Source: Hydrogenimonas sp.
GTDB taxonomy: Bacteria; Campylobacterota; Campylobacteria; Campylobacterales; Hydrogenimonadaceae
Length of the DNA stretch: 64,000 nucleotides
Assembly (NCBI GenBank): GCA_015490295.1
Contig: WFYC01000073.1
Span: 2,145-66,144, forward strand
Reading direction: 5' to 3'
Part shown: piece by piece, positions 1 to 10,045 of the stretch
Position numbering within the stretch: the stretch's first letter is position 1
How the letters are laid out: each line of letters starts with the position of its first letter
The notes under the pieces: generated by a model
What the model was told of the DNA's origin: nothing
The model's database searches: none
Seen by the model: the letters and a program-made list of their open reading frames with translations, nothing else
Translations under genes and position numbers: made by a program

Positions 1-411
1 ATAAATATCACCAATTTGAAAGATTATGAAATTAGCTACTCCGAAGAGGAGCTTAGAGCCTTGGCGCCTGGTCAGTATACCGTACCTGAAGTTCAAGAAC
101 TCTACAACACCCTCTACGCCAAGGGAAGCCAATCGCTCCAAGATGCCCTGGAGGTAGGATGTATGGTTGAAGTAACCGATGTAAACGACTTGGACGAAGA
201 CATCGAAACCGCCGGTGATGCACAAGACCTTACCATCGTATTCAACTTTCTTCGCAGCGGTAGTTACAACCACTATTGGGCTTTCGACCGGGCACTCAAA
301 AACATAGGTGTCAGCGACGGCTGCTGTTCGCTTGGTGAAGAGTACTGCAAGACGGAAGAGGAATTTCCAAGCAGTAATGGGCAAGGCAATGGCTATCGCG
401 GAGGGCTCTAA
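1..411 (+). CDS. DUF2202 family ferritin-like protein (5' part outside window)
   Basis: Frame is open from base 1; LYNTLYAKGSQSLQDALEVG..E..D..DL and GSYNHYWAF match the DUF2202 C-terminal half. Confidence 0.8.
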   Translation: MNITNLKDYEISYSEEELRALAPGQYTVPEVQELYNTLYAKGSQSLQDALEVGCMVEVTDVNDLDEDIETAGDAQDLTIVFNFLRSGSYNHYWAFDRALKNIGVSDGCCSLGEEYCKTEEEFPSSNGQGNGYRGGL

Positions 412-490
412 ATTGGATACGACCATCCGCCCCTCTATTCATGTTCGGTTCATGTTGCCGTGTGACAATAGGTATGAAAGGAGGTGACAG

Positions 491-925
491 ATGGGGTGGA
501 AAAAACGAACCGCCGTTGCCATCGTGCTCATTCAATTCGTGCCCTACGGCAAGAATCACACCAATCCACCCGTTGTCGCGGAGCCCCGGTGGGATTCGCC
601 TCAAACCCGTGAGCTCTTCATGAGAGCCTGCGGTGATTGTCACTCCAACGAAACGAAATGGCCCTGGTATAGCCATATTGCTCCGATCTCATGGCTCGTC
701 ACCTACGATGTGAAAGAGGGACGGGAGCACTTTAACGTATCGATGTGGGGAGACCAACGCAAAAACAGGGGCGATGAAGCCGCCGAAGAGCTGCGTGAAG
801 GTGAAATGCCGCCGCTGGTCTATCGGATCGCTCATCCGGAAGCCAGACTGAGTGAAGCTGAGAAAAAGCGTCTGACCGAAGGGCTCGTGCGAACCTTTGG
901 CGAAAAAAAAGAGGAGCACGATTAA
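491..925 (+). CDS. Haem-binding domain (Haem_bd) c-type cytochrome
   Basis: [23 protein letters not shown] signature, later MPP motif, hydrophobic N-terminus, SD GGAGG. Confidence 0.85.
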   Translation: MGWKKRTAVAIVLIQFVPYGKNHTNPPVVAEPRWDSPQTRELFMRACGDCHSNETKWPWYSHIAPISWLVTYDVKEGREHFNVSMWGDQRKNRGDEAAEELREGEMPPLVYRIAHPEARLSEAEKKRLTEGLVRTFGEKKEEHD

Positions 926-968
926 AAATCCCGTCTACTGGATACGTAAAGAGAAAGGAAAAAGAATC

Positions 969-1352
969 ATGAGACGAACATTTATCACGATACTGGCATT
1001 AAGTGTAGTTGTTTTTGCACAAAGCGCTCAAGAGATTATGGAGAAAAATGGATGTCTCACTTGTCACGCTGTAGCAAGCAAAAAATCTGCTCCTGCCTTT
1101 GCCGGTATAGGAATGAAAAACAAGCGTTTTGAAGGCTCTAACGCAAAAACTGCCATTATGAATTCAATCAAAAATGGCTCAAGAGGGAAATACCCGATGT
1201 TTGCAAATAGTGCAATGCCTGCATTTAAAAATCTTTCACAAAAAGAGCTATCCATTCTCGCTGATTATATCTTGGAACAATCCGCTAAAGTGCAATGCAA
1301 CTGTAAAGCAAAAGCGCACGGTATGGGAATGGGAAGAGGATCGAGAGAGTGA
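969..1352 (+). CDS. Monoheme class I cytochrome c (c551/c552-like)
   Basis: Signal peptide MRRTFITILALSVVVFA, CLTCH, distal MP; start moved to ATG 969 behind AAGGA. Confidence 0.85.
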   Translation: MRRTFITILALSVVVFAQSAQEIMEKNGCLTCHAVASKKSAPAFAGIGMKNKRFEGSNAKTAIMNSIKNGSRGKYPMFANSAMPAFKNLSQKELSILADYILEQSAKVQCNCKAKAHGMGMGRGSRE

Positions 1353-1484
1353 TTTTCCTCAAGTAACTATATTTTTAGTGAAAAAATGAAAAGTGTCGAA
1401 TGGATGCTACGCTGTCTTATATAACAACACACTTACGACTATAATGGGTTGAGCCCGGTTAAAACGTTAAACGGCTAGTTTCGT

Positions 1485-1504
1485 GTTCACATTCTGTTCA
1501 GCCT
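1485..1504 (+). promoter_or_regulatory. OmpR/PhoB-type direct repeat GTTCACATT-N2-GTTCAGCCT upstream of exporter operon
   Basis: GTTCA repeated with 11-bp period just upstream of an extended -10-like TGnTAAAGT (1509-1517). Confidence 0.55.
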
Positions 1505-1523
1505 TCTGTGTTAAAGTATCGGT

Positions 1524-2771
1524 ATGAAAAAAATTACGATACTGATCATAGCCGCCGTCATAGGTCTACAGGCTGAACTTTTGAGTCTGGATACATGTAT
1601 CGACAAAGCTTTGGCTACCCATCCCGATGTACGTACCTTCATGCTTAAAGTCCAACAGCAGAATGAGGGGGTGAAAATGGAGAGGGGGGCCTTGCTTCCA
1701 AAGGTATCCATATATGCCGAATATGACCCCCGGCGTACATATGTCATTCCACTCAACGGAGAGTTCAATACTATCGACAGTGACGGGTGGAGCGCCGGAA
1801 TCAGCGCAAGTCAAAAGCTCTATGACTTCTCCAAATCCTCCCACTCTATACGCTCAGCAAAGATTCGTCATGAAGTTTCCCGTCTTTCACTTGAAGAGGC
1901 CAAGGCGCTTATGCGTTACCGGATACGGGTGGCTTATGCGCAGATACTGGTTCAAGAGGCGGCTCTTGGTGCCCGCAGGAAAGATCTTGAAGCAAAAAAG
2001 GCTCTCTATGAACAAGCCAGGGCGCTTGTGAAACAGGGATTGAAGACAAGGGCTGATGAGAGCCGCTTTTTATCTTCGGTTCGTCAGGCCGAAGATGCCC
2101 TTGCCATTGCTCAGGCAGACTATAAAAAGGCACGAATTGCACTGGAAGAGTATATTGGTGAACGGATATCCGAAGATACAAGCTTTGAGAAGTGGCGTCT
2201 GAACGGTTCAGACGGGCAGCCTGAAAATACCGATCCGGATAAAGTGATTGCAAATAACCTGCAGATTAAAATAGCTCAAAAGAATCGGGAAGCATCCTAT
2301 GAGTCGTACCGTTCCAAACAGGTGGAGCGTTTCGGATCGATTGATCTGGTGGCGGAAGCGAGCCATTTTGATACTCTGTCGAGTTACGATTCTACCGTGA
2401 TAGGTGTTCGCTACAGTGCACCTATTTACAGTGGCGGACGGCTTAGCGCCCAGGCTCAGCAGAGCAGAATCGCAGAGATGGTTTCGGCAGAGGAGAGAGA
2501 GTCCAAGAGGCGGTCCGTCGATAAGGAGGTTCGTTCTCTTTTGGCTGATCTAAGCGAGGTTCGGAAGAGAATAGATGCGCGTCGTTCCCAGTTGCACTCG
2601 GCCGAAGAGACCAAGTCTTTGATTAAAGCACGTTACGAACAGGGGTTGGCCACATATATGGAGGTTCTCGATTCAGAAGCGGTCTGGTTGGATGCCAAGC
2701 TTGGTCTTCTAAACACTTATTATACACGACTTGAACAACTCTACAGATTGGAGTATCTCAATGGTAAATAG
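1524..2771 (+). CDS. TolC family outer membrane efflux protein
   Basis: Signal peptide, ALATHPDV, LLPKVS, PIYSGGR and RYEQGLATYMEVLD OEP motifs. Confidence 0.9.
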   Translation: MKKITILIIAAVIGLQAELLSLDTCIDKALATHPDVRTFMLKVQQQNEGVKMERGALLPKVSIYAEYDPRRTYVIPLNGEFNTIDSDGWSAGISASQKLYDFSKSSHSIRSAKIRHEVSRLSLEEAKALMRYRIRVAYAQILVQEAALGARRKDLEAKKALYEQARALVKQGLKTRADESRFLSSVRQAEDALAIAQADYKKARIALEEYIGERISEDTSFEKWRLNGSDGQPENTDPDKVIANNLQIKIAQKNREASYESYRSKQVERFGSIDLVAEASHFDTLSSYDSTVIGVRYSAPIYSGGRLSAQAQQSRIAEMVSAEERESKRRSVDKEVRSLLADLSEVRKRIDARRSQLHSAEETKSLIKARYEQGLATYMEVLDSEAVWLDAKLGLLNTYYTRLEQLYRLEYLNGK

Positions 2772-3894
2772 ATGGTTGAAGTGGGCTGCAGCAGCTCTTG
2801 TTTTGGTAGCGGCTGCTACGCTTTTTTACAACAAAGTATACATTCCTAAAGCGACATATAAGAGTGTTACGGCAAAAAAAGGCGAACTATCTTTAACGGT
2901 TTACGGTATCGGAACAGTTAGTTCCAAAATAATTCGTCCTGTCGCTTCGAATACAGGCGGGAAGGTTTTACGAATTTTGAAGGATCAGGGGGAGTGGGTC
3001 AAAAAAGGTGAAACGGTAGCCGTTCTCGATCCTGTCGATCTACCGGATCAACTTGCTCAGGCTAAGGCACTGTTTGAGAAAGCCGGCTATGAAACCGTAG
3101 CTGCAAAAAAAGAGCTGGAAGCACTTCAGGCGCAGCGAAAACTGGCCAAGCTTACCTATGACCGATACGACAAACTGTTTCAAAAAGGGTATGCGGCTCA
3201 GGCGGAGTATGACAAAGCACGTACCGATCTGGAGGCAGTCGAAGCGCAGATTGAAGCGTCAAGAGCTCGGATTGAGTCCACTATTTCGGAGCAGAAACGA
3301 GCTCAAAAGAGTATCGATGCTCTCATGCAGAAAATTGCACGTCTTCGCGTAGTGTCCCCCGCAGAGGGCTATGTAATACGAAAAGATGCGGAAGTGGGCC
3401 AAACCATTGCGGCACAGCAGCCTCTGATCACAGTAGTGGATCCACAAGATGTATGGGTGAAAGCCTATGTTGATGAGCGTATCAGTGGAAAAATAGCCAA
3501 AGGTCAGAAAGCCGCAATACTATTACGTTCTAAATCCGGAGAGAAGCTTCAGGGATATGTGGCGCGAATTGAAGCCGAGAGCGATCCGGTTACAGAAGAG
3601 CGCGTAGTTGACGTGGCGTTTGAAAAGGTGCCTTTTCCGTTCTATATCAACGAACAGGCGGAAGTGATTATCGAGACGGGGCGATTGAGCAATGTTTTGC
3701 TTATTCCTCTCGACCTTATACGGCGAGGAGGCGTATGGGTCTATAAAAATGGAGAGGCACACTTCAAAAAGATCGAAATAGTTGGCAAAAACGACAAGTT
3801 CGCTGGGGTCAAAGGTATAGAAGAGGGTGAGAAGATCCTTGTTCCGGATCCACATAAAAAACCGCTGTTTGAAGGTGCGGATATTCGGCTATGA
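2761..3894 (+). CDS. Efflux periplasmic adaptor (membrane fusion protein, MacA/HlyD-like)
   Basis: N-terminal TM, lipoyl half-motifs (GKVLRILKDQGEWVKKGE; SPAEGYV), long coiled coil. Confidence 0.9.
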   Translation: MVNRWLKWAAAALVLVAAATLFYNKVYIPKATYKSVTAKKGELSLTVYGIGTVSSKIIRPVASNTGGKVLRILKDQGEWVKKGETVAVLDPVDLPDQLAQAKALFEKAGYETVAAKKELEALQAQRKLAKLTYDRYDKLFQKGYAAQAEYDKARTDLEAVEAQIEASRARIESTISEQKRAQKSIDALMQKIARLRVVSPAEGYVIRKDAEVGQTIAAQQPLITVVDPQDVWVKAYVDERISGKIAKGQKAAILLRSKSGEKLQGYVARIEAESDPVTEERVVDVAFEKVPFPFYINEQAEVIIETGRLSNVLLIPLDLIRRGGVWVYKNGEAHFKKIEIVGKNDKFAGVKGIEEGEKILVPDPHKKPLFEGADIRL

Positions 3895-5042
3895 TCAATC
3901 TTGCCTATAAAGATATCGCCCACTCCTACCTCAAGTTCATAGTCACGGCTATGGGAGTGGGAATGTTGCTTGGTATAGTTCTCATTATGATAGGGGTCTA
4001 TAGAGGTATGGTCATCGATGCTCAGGTGCTGCTGGATGATATCGGTGCCGATTTGTGGGTGGTGCAGGAGAACACTCTTGGACCTTTTGCCGAGAGCTCC
4101 CGTGTTCACGAAGATCTAAAGAATACGCTGTGGGTCAACCCGGAGATCGATAAGACTGCTGCTCTGGCGTTTTTGAATCTGCAGATCAAAACACCTGACG
4201 GTGTGATGAAGCGGGTATACAGTGTCGGCTACGACCCTCATGGTGATCTTCCGGCCATCAATCCTGAACGGCTTGTTGCGGGACGTTCTATCGAAAAGAG
4301 TCATTACGAGATAGTGGTTTCGGAAAAGCTTGGTTTCAGACTGCAGGACAAGATTCGGCTTGGACGAAACATATATACAGTTGTAGGTATCACCAAAGGG
4401 GCAGTCTCCTCCGGTGGAGATCCTGTGATATATGTGAGTCTAAAAGATGCGCAGGAGCTACAGTTTCTATACTCCAATGCGCGAATCCGAAACGACCGGG
4501 CCCGGGGGTTGAAAGTAGATGCCGACAACCATCTGGTCAATGCGGTTGTCGCTACAGTCGTAAAAGGAAGCGATCCTGATGCGGTGGCCGAGAATATCCG
4601 CCGCTGGAAACACCTGAGCGCCTTTACCGTAAGCGACGAGCGAAATATTTTGACAAAGAATGTCATAGAGACCGCCAGTAAACAGATAGGGATGTTCACA
4701 GTGATTTTGGTAGGGGTTTCGACGATAATAATTGCGCTTATAATCTATACGATGACCCTTGAAAAGATCAAGGAGATTTCGATTATGAAGCTTGTGGGAC
4801 TGCCAAATATGACGATAACCAAAATGATTGCCCAAGAGACGGTAACGCTGGGCGTTTTGGCCTTCATCTTCGGTAATCTCTTCGCCCATGCAATCTGGGA
4901 TAAGTTTCCGAAACGGGTAGTTCTTGAGATGGACGATGCCTGGGCACTCTTCAGCATAATACTGGTTGCGTCTATTTTGGCCAGTCTCTTTGGTGTATAC
5001 AAAGCGATCAAAGCCGATCCCAGTGCGGCGATAGGGGGGTGA
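3891..5042 (+). CDS. ABC transporter permease, FtsX/MacB (DevC/HrtB-like) family
   Basis: One TM, large periplasmic domain (GADLWVVQ), three C-terminal TMs with EKIKEISIMKLVG. Confidence 0.88.
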   Translation: MINLAYKDIAHSYLKFIVTAMGVGMLLGIVLIMIGVYRGMVIDAQVLLDDIGADLWVVQENTLGPFAESSRVHEDLKNTLWVNPEIDKTAALAFLNLQIKTPDGVMKRVYSVGYDPHGDLPAINPERLVAGRSIEKSHYEIVVSEKLGFRLQDKIRLGRNIYTVVGITKGAVSSGGDPVIYVSLKDAQELQFLYSNARIRNDRARGLKVDADNHLVNAVVATVVKGSDPDAVAENIRRWKHLSAFTVSDERNILTKNVIETASKQIGMFTVILVGVSTIIIALIIYTMTLEKIKEISIMKLVGLPNMTITKMIAQETVTLGVLAFIFGNLFAHAIWDKFPKRVVLEMDDAWALFSIILVASILASLFGVYKAIKADPSAAIGG

Positions 5043-5043
5043 T

Positions 5044-5760
5044 ATGACCAATGAAGTCGGTATCAAAGTTGAAAATCTTACGAAGATATTCGGGTCGGGA
5101 GAGAGTGAAGTCAGGGTTTTGGAGAACGCTTCATTGGAGGTAAAAAAGGGTGAATTCGCCGCCCTTGTCGCACCCAGCGGTGCGGGCAAGACTACACTGT
5201 TGATGATGCTGGGCTGCGTTATCGAGCCAACTTCCGGAAAGATCTGGCTCGGCGATGAGCTGGTTTGGGATGAGGATCACTGGAGCACCCCGGATACGAG
5301 GCGCATTCGCAGAGAGAAAATAGGTTTCATCTTTCAGGCCCACTATCTTATTCCGTTTTTGAATATTGTAGAGAATGTCAAGCTTATTCCTCTTGTAAAC
5401 GGATGGCCCGATGAAAAGGCGGAAAAGAAGGCGATGGAGTTGCTGGACTATTTCGATATAACAGACAAGCGCGACGCCATGCCCTCCCAGCTCTCCGGCG
5501 GACAGAATCAGCGGGCGGCTATCGCGAGGGCGCTATCCAACGAGCCGAAGATTATACTTGCCGATGAGCCTACGGCTGCACTGGATATGGAGAGGGCCGT
5601 AAGCGTTGTCAAGATGCTGCGCAGGATCGTTGAAGAGCAGAATGTCGCGATCATCATGGTGACTCATGATGATCGGCTCCTGCCTTATTGTGATAAAATA
5701 CTCTCCATTGAGAATCGTAAAGTTGTTACGACGACCCAGAGTGCCCACCTGATTGTATGA
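5044..5760 (+). CDS. ABC transporter ATP-binding protein (LolD/MacB/HrtA-like)
   Basis: Walker A APSGAGKT, LSGGQ, ILADEPT, VTHD. Confidence 0.93.
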   Translation: MTNEVGIKVENLTKIFGSGESEVRVLENASLEVKKGEFAALVAPSGAGKTTLLMMLGCVIEPTSGKIWLGDELVWDEDHWSTPDTRRIRREKIGFIFQAHYLIPFLNIVENVKLIPLVNGWPDEKAEKKAMELLDYFDITDKRDAMPSQLSGGQNQRAAIARALSNEPKIILADEPTAALDMERAVSVVKMLRRIVEEQNVAIIMVTHDDRLLPYCDKILSIENRKVVTTTQSAHLIV

Positions 5761-5764
5761 GTCT

Positions 5765-6448
5765 ATGATGAAACCCAGGATTCTGCTGCTTGAAGACGAT
5801 ATGGAACTGAGTGATACGATAGCCAAATTTCTGCGTACTGAAGGGTTTGAGGTGGTTCAGAGTTTCGATGGCGAAGAGGCTGCCGAGAAAATGTACGAAA
5901 GCGGTTTCGACTTATGGTTGCTGGATGTGAAGGTCCCTCTTCAAAACGGTATAGACCTTCTGTCGGAGTTTCGCCGTATCGGGCAGGATACTCCTGCCAT
6001 CTTCATTACTTCCCTGCACGGTGCGGAGGATGCCATGCGCGGTTTCGATGCAGGCTGCGACGATTATATTCGCAAACCTTTTGCCCTAAAGGAGCTGCTT
6101 GCACGTATAGAGGCGGTTATCAAAAGGCGTTATCCGGGCGCGAATAATACTGTCATCATAGATGAAAAGCTTCGTTTCGATCCCATAGACTTCACTCTTG
6201 CGTTCGAAGGTGAACGAATTCCGCTTAAACCGAAAGAGAGCAGGCTGATGGCACTTTTTTTGCAAAACCCCGATAAAACCTTGCGAAAAGAGGAGATTTT
6301 CAGTGCTTTGTGGGATTACGGCGAAACTCCAAACGAAGGGAGTCTGAGGACTTTCGTAAAGGTCTTGCGTAAACATCTGGGCAAAGAGCGTATAGAGACC
6401 GTCAAAGAGATTGGGTACCGTTACAGAAGTAAAAAGAATAGGAGATGA
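5765..6448 (+). CDS. OmpR-family response regulator
   Basis: LLEDD, LLDVKVP, DDYIRKPF receiver motifs and winged-helix IETVKEIGY; start may be 5753, 5765 or 5768. Confidence 0.92.
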   Translation: MMKPRILLLEDDMELSDTIAKFLRTEGFEVVQSFDGEEAAEKMYESGFDLWLLDVKVPLQNGIDLLSEFRRIGQDTPAIFITSLHGAEDAMRGFDAGCDDYIRKPFALKELLARIEAVIKRRYPGANNTVIIDEKLRFDPIDFTLAFEGERIPLKPKESRLMALFLQNPDKTLRKEEIFSALWDYGETPNEGSLRTFVKVLRKHLGKERIETVKEIGYRYRSKKNRR

Positions 6449-7620
6449 ATGTTCACGTTTTTGAGAGTGAAAAGAGGAGTCACAGGCGTTTTTTGGCAAT
6501 TTACCTCGTATCGACGCTGCTTCTTATCGGTATCGGGCTGGCGATCTTTTATAACTATAGCCTTCACCGTATCGTCGACCACCAGAACGAAACGCTTAAA
6601 CTTAAAACTGCCTTGATCCGTCCAAGGCTGCGGGAGTTGCACACTTCGACCGAAAGCCGTCTCGTCTATCCCAGGATAGATGGGATTAGTACGGCTCTAT
6701 ACGATATCGACCGCCACTATCTTATAGGTGACTTCAAGCCGGACAAAGTTCTCTGGAACAGAGAGTTTTGGCAGGAGGGTGACACTATATACTACCGCGA
6801 TGAGATGCAGCCGTACTATCTGGGTGCGGCGACGATCGTTTCGTCAATACCTCTGGACAAAACTCCAATTCTCGCCCTGCAGGCAAAGATAGCCGTCGCA
6901 CTTGTTCTATCCGCAATATTTGTCGCCTTTATCGCCCGTTGGCTTGGAAGGCTATTTCTTGCGCCGGTCCACCATACGATAAAGCTGCTAGATCGTTTTA
7001 TACAGGATACAACCCATGAACTCAACACTCCTGTCAGCACCATTTTGACAAATGTCGAACTCTTCAAGAGTCTGCACCCGGAACTGGAGTCGAGTGAAGA
7101 GCTTCGCCGTATCGAAGTAGCCTCGAAACGTCTGAGCCGCCTATATGACGACCTGGCCTATCTGCAACTAAAGCACAGGCGAAGACGCCATATAGAGAGG
7201 GTCGACTTCCATGAAATTCTTGAGGAACGTATTTCATATTTCGCCCCGATGGCGCAACGTAGAGATATTGGGTTCGAGAGTGAAGTTTTGTCTGCTCCGA
7301 TTCTTCAAATGGATCGGGAGGATGCAGCCAAGCTCATCGATAACCTTCTATCAAACTCTATCAAATATACCCGTCCCGGCGGCCGTATCGTCGTGAGACT
7401 CGATGAGCGCTCATTTGAGGTAGAAGATGACGGGATCGGTATGGATGCCCGCGATATGAGGCGGGCGACCGAACGTTTTTTTCGTGCAGATACCAGTGTA
7501 GGGGGATTCGGTTTGGGGCTGAACATTGTTCGCGAAATCGTAGATTTCTACGGGCTGGATTTGGAAGTCAAGAGCGAAAAAGGGGCGGGAACGAAAGTGA
7601 GGATCGTATGGGAAGAGTAG
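6445..7620 (+). CDS. Membrane sensor histidine kinase
   Basis: Two TMs, H-box THELNTP, N-box NLLSNSIKY, G1 DDGIG, G2 GFGLGL. Confidence 0.93.
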   Translation: MNVHVFESEKRSHRRFLAIYLVSTLLLIGIGLAIFYNYSLHRIVDHQNETLKLKTALIRPRLRELHTSTESRLVYPRIDGISTALYDIDRHYLIGDFKPDKVLWNREFWQEGDTIYYRDEMQPYYLGAATIVSSIPLDKTPILALQAKIAVALVLSAIFVAFIARWLGRLFLAPVHHTIKLLDRFIQDTTHELNTPVSTILTNVELFKSLHPELESSEELRRIEVASKRLSRLYDDLAYLQLKHRRRRHIERVDFHEILEERISYFAPMAQRRDIGFESEVLSAPILQMDREDAAKLIDNLLSNSIKYTRPGGRIVVRLDERSFEVEDDGIGMDARDMRRATERFFRADTSVGGFGLGLNIVREIVDFYGLDLEVKSEKGAGTKVRIVWEE

Positions 7621-7955
7621 TACTGATTTTATTTCTGGGGCTGCAGTGTATCGTCGCCCAGAAAAGCCTAGTGCCCAAACGGTGTACTGTCTGCCACGAA
7701 AAGAGCGCCCCGCCGCTCTCTCTCGTCTACCGCCGATACCTGATGCTCTATAGCTCCAAAGCCCGCATCAAACAAGAGATGGTCGACTTCCTCAGCGCCC
7801 CGTCGAAAGAAAAGAGTGCGATGCCCGAAGGGATGAAAAACCGCTTCAACCCCCAAAACCACCCCGCATTCGCCCCTTCTATCGCAAAAGAGTCCGTCGA
7901 CAAGCTCATTGCAAAAGAGGATCTCATACCCCGCATCGTCGTACCGAAAGATTAG
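7608..7955 (+). CDS. Small exported c-type cytochrome-like protein
   Basis: Signal peptide, CTVCH, distal Met (SAMP); overlaps kinase stop. Confidence 0.7.
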   Translation: MGRVVLILFLGLQCIVAQKSLVPKRCTVCHEKSAPPLSLVYRRYLMLYSSKARIKQEMVDFLSAPSKEKSAMPEGMKNRFNPQNHPAFAPSIAKESVDKLIAKEDLIPRIVVPKD

Positions 7956-8252
7956 AAAAATCTCTTTTGATACTCTCTATATGTTATGTAGTTTGCAACA
8001 CCAAACCCAAATAAAAAGAGAACGAAGCACCCCTCAAGTGAGGATAATGCCCAAATGTTTCGTTTTCAGTTGTGTTCGGTATAACGTGACTGCCGCCCAT
8101 TTTTCGATTATCTGTCCTATATTTTCTCATCTTTGAACGTTCTATTACGGCACTCTTAAAGCTCGGCTCAAAGCGTCGACCGTCCTAGTTTTGAAAGCCT
8201 TCAATAACCAAAATCTGGATACAATAATATCAGACTATTGGATGGAGACTAC

Positions 8253-9200
8253 ATGGCGACAATTGTCGAAAAGATACGCAATGAAATACGCAAAGTGGTA
8301 GTTGGGCAGGAGAAGATGATAGACGGTCTTCTTATTGGCCTTGCATGCGAAGGTCATATACTGCTCGAAGGAGTTCCCGGTCTTGCAAAGACCACAACGG
8401 TCAATGCACTCTCGAAAGCTCTTGGACTGAAATTCAAAAGGGTTCAGTTCACTCCCGATCTGCTTCCAAGCGACATTATCGGTGCGGAGATTTACGATCC
8501 GCAGAATAACAGCTTCAAGATAAAGCAGGGGCCTGTCTTTACGAACCTTCTGCTTGCCGACGAGATCAACCGCGCTCCGGCAAAAGTGCAATCTGCACTT
8601 CTTGAAGTGATGCAGGAGAGGCAGGTGACAATTGGTGAAGAGAGCTTCAAGATAGACCTGCCGTTTCTGGTTATGGCTACACAAAACCCTGTCGAGCAGG
8701 AGGGGGCATACAATCTGCCTGAAGCGCAGCTCGACCGCTTTATGATGAAACTTGTAGTCGGCTACAACACACCCGAAGAGGAGCTGGAAATTGCGAGACG
8801 CGTCGCGAACGACGCACTCGGCGAGATAAACGAGGTAGCCACCAAGGAGGATCTCTTCTCTATGAAAGAGGGTGTAAAGAAGATCCATATCGACGAAGAG
8901 GTGGAAAAGTATATTGTAGATCTGGTCTTTGCTACAAGAGAGCCGGCAAAGTTCGGTATCGAGTCTATCGAGAACTGGATCATGTACGGTGCAAGCCCCA
9001 GAGCTTCGATAGATCTATACAAAGCGAGCCGTGCACAGGCCTATCTGCGCGGCAAAGATTTTGTCTCTCCGGTAGATATCGCCTATGTCGCCAAAAGTGT
9101 TCTTCGCCACAGAATCATTTTGAGCTATGAGGCGGAGGCCGAAGAGATAAGTCCGGATTTGGTGATAGACAAAGTGCTCGAAGCTGTCGCGATTCCCTGA
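8253..9200 (+). CDS. moxR: MoxR family AAA+ ATPase
   Basis: GVPGLAKT, RVQFTPDLLPSD, LADEINRAPAKVQSALLE, ATQNP, LPEAQLDRF. Confidence 0.93.
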   Translation: MATIVEKIRNEIRKVVVGQEKMIDGLLIGLACEGHILLEGVPGLAKTTTVNALSKALGLKFKRVQFTPDLLPSDIIGAEIYDPQNNSFKIKQGPVFTNLLLADEINRAPAKVQSALLEVMQERQVTIGEESFKIDLPFLVMATQNPVEQEGAYNLPEAQLDRFMMKLVVGYNTPEEELEIARRVANDALGEINEVATKEDLFSMKEGVKKIHIDEEVEKYIVDLVFATREPAKFGIESIENWIMYGASPRASIDLYKASRAQAYLRGKDFVSPVDIAYVAKSVLRHRIILSYEAEAEEISPDLVIDKVLEAVAIP

Positions 9201-9208
9201 GGCTTTAA

Positions 9209-10045
9209 GTGAATAGACGTCTTAAAACGCTTCTTGTCAAAACCAGAAGACAGGTCTTTTCCGAGATGCTAGGGAACAACCCATCTCTCTTTCACGGTGA
9301 GGGGTATGATTTCAGTGAGCTTAGAGAGTATCAAGTGGGCGATGATATACGTAAAATAGACTGGACGATTACCGCTAAGCTGCAAAAGCCGTATGTCAAG
9401 ATTTTTCATGAGGAGAGGGAGCTCAATATAGTCGCCGCCTGTATGGCCAGCGGTTCGCTCTTTTTCGGTACCCATAGGATAAAGCAGGATCTCGTAACGG
9501 AGATTACCGCTATTTTGGGATACTCCGCCGTAAAAAACGGTGATCTCTTTTCAGGTGTCGTGGTAAGCGAATCTGTCGAATCGATCGAGCGTCCTACAAA
9601 GAGGATTTTCGGTGTAAACAGGTTTGTAGAGAGTGTAGACAGCTTGAAACTTCTGGGTAGACATGCAGACTACATTGGGGGCATACGCAATCTTTTTGAG
9701 CGCATCAAGAGAAAGAGCGTACTTTTTGTAATAGGTGATTTTCTGACATCTGTGGACCTTGCCCTGCTGAGCAGGCGTCATGAGGTGATAGCCGTAATTG
9801 TCAGAGACCGCTTCGAGGAGGAGCCGGTACCCCTTGGACAGGTCCATCTTGTAGATCCCGAGAGTGGAAAGAGTCTGCAGACACATTTTGGAGAACGGAG
9901 TGTGCGGCGCTACCGAGCCAAAGTTATAGAAAACGACAAGGCGCTATACAGACATCTAAACAGACATAGAATACGGTTCGTGAAAATCTATACGGATGAG
10001 GATCCGTTCGGGAAGCTTGTCAAACTCTTCGGGGGTAGAGTGTGA
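9209..10045 (+). CDS. DUF58 domain protein
   Basis: G.DFSELREYQVGDDIRKIDW motif; follows moxR. Confidence 0.9.
   Translation: MNRRLKTLLVKTRRQVFSEMLGNNPSLFHGEGYDFSELREYQVGDDIRKIDWTITAKLQKPYVKIFHEERELNIVAACMASGSLFFGTHRIKQDLVTEITAILGYSAVKNGDLFSGVVVSESVESIERPTKRIFGVNRFVESVDSLKLLGRHADYIGGIRNLFERIKRKSVLFVIGDFLTSVDLALLSRRHEVIAVIVRDRFEEEPVPLGQVHLVDPESGKSLQTHFGERSVRRYRAKVIENDKALYRHLNRHRIRFVKIYTDEDPFGKLVKLFGGRV

Noticed and set aside
7956-8237. AT-rich gap as island boundary or mobile-element scar, including a 48-codon minus-strand ORF
   Set aside because: No inverted repeats, att-like duplication or transposase remnant recognisable; the ORF has no SD or motif
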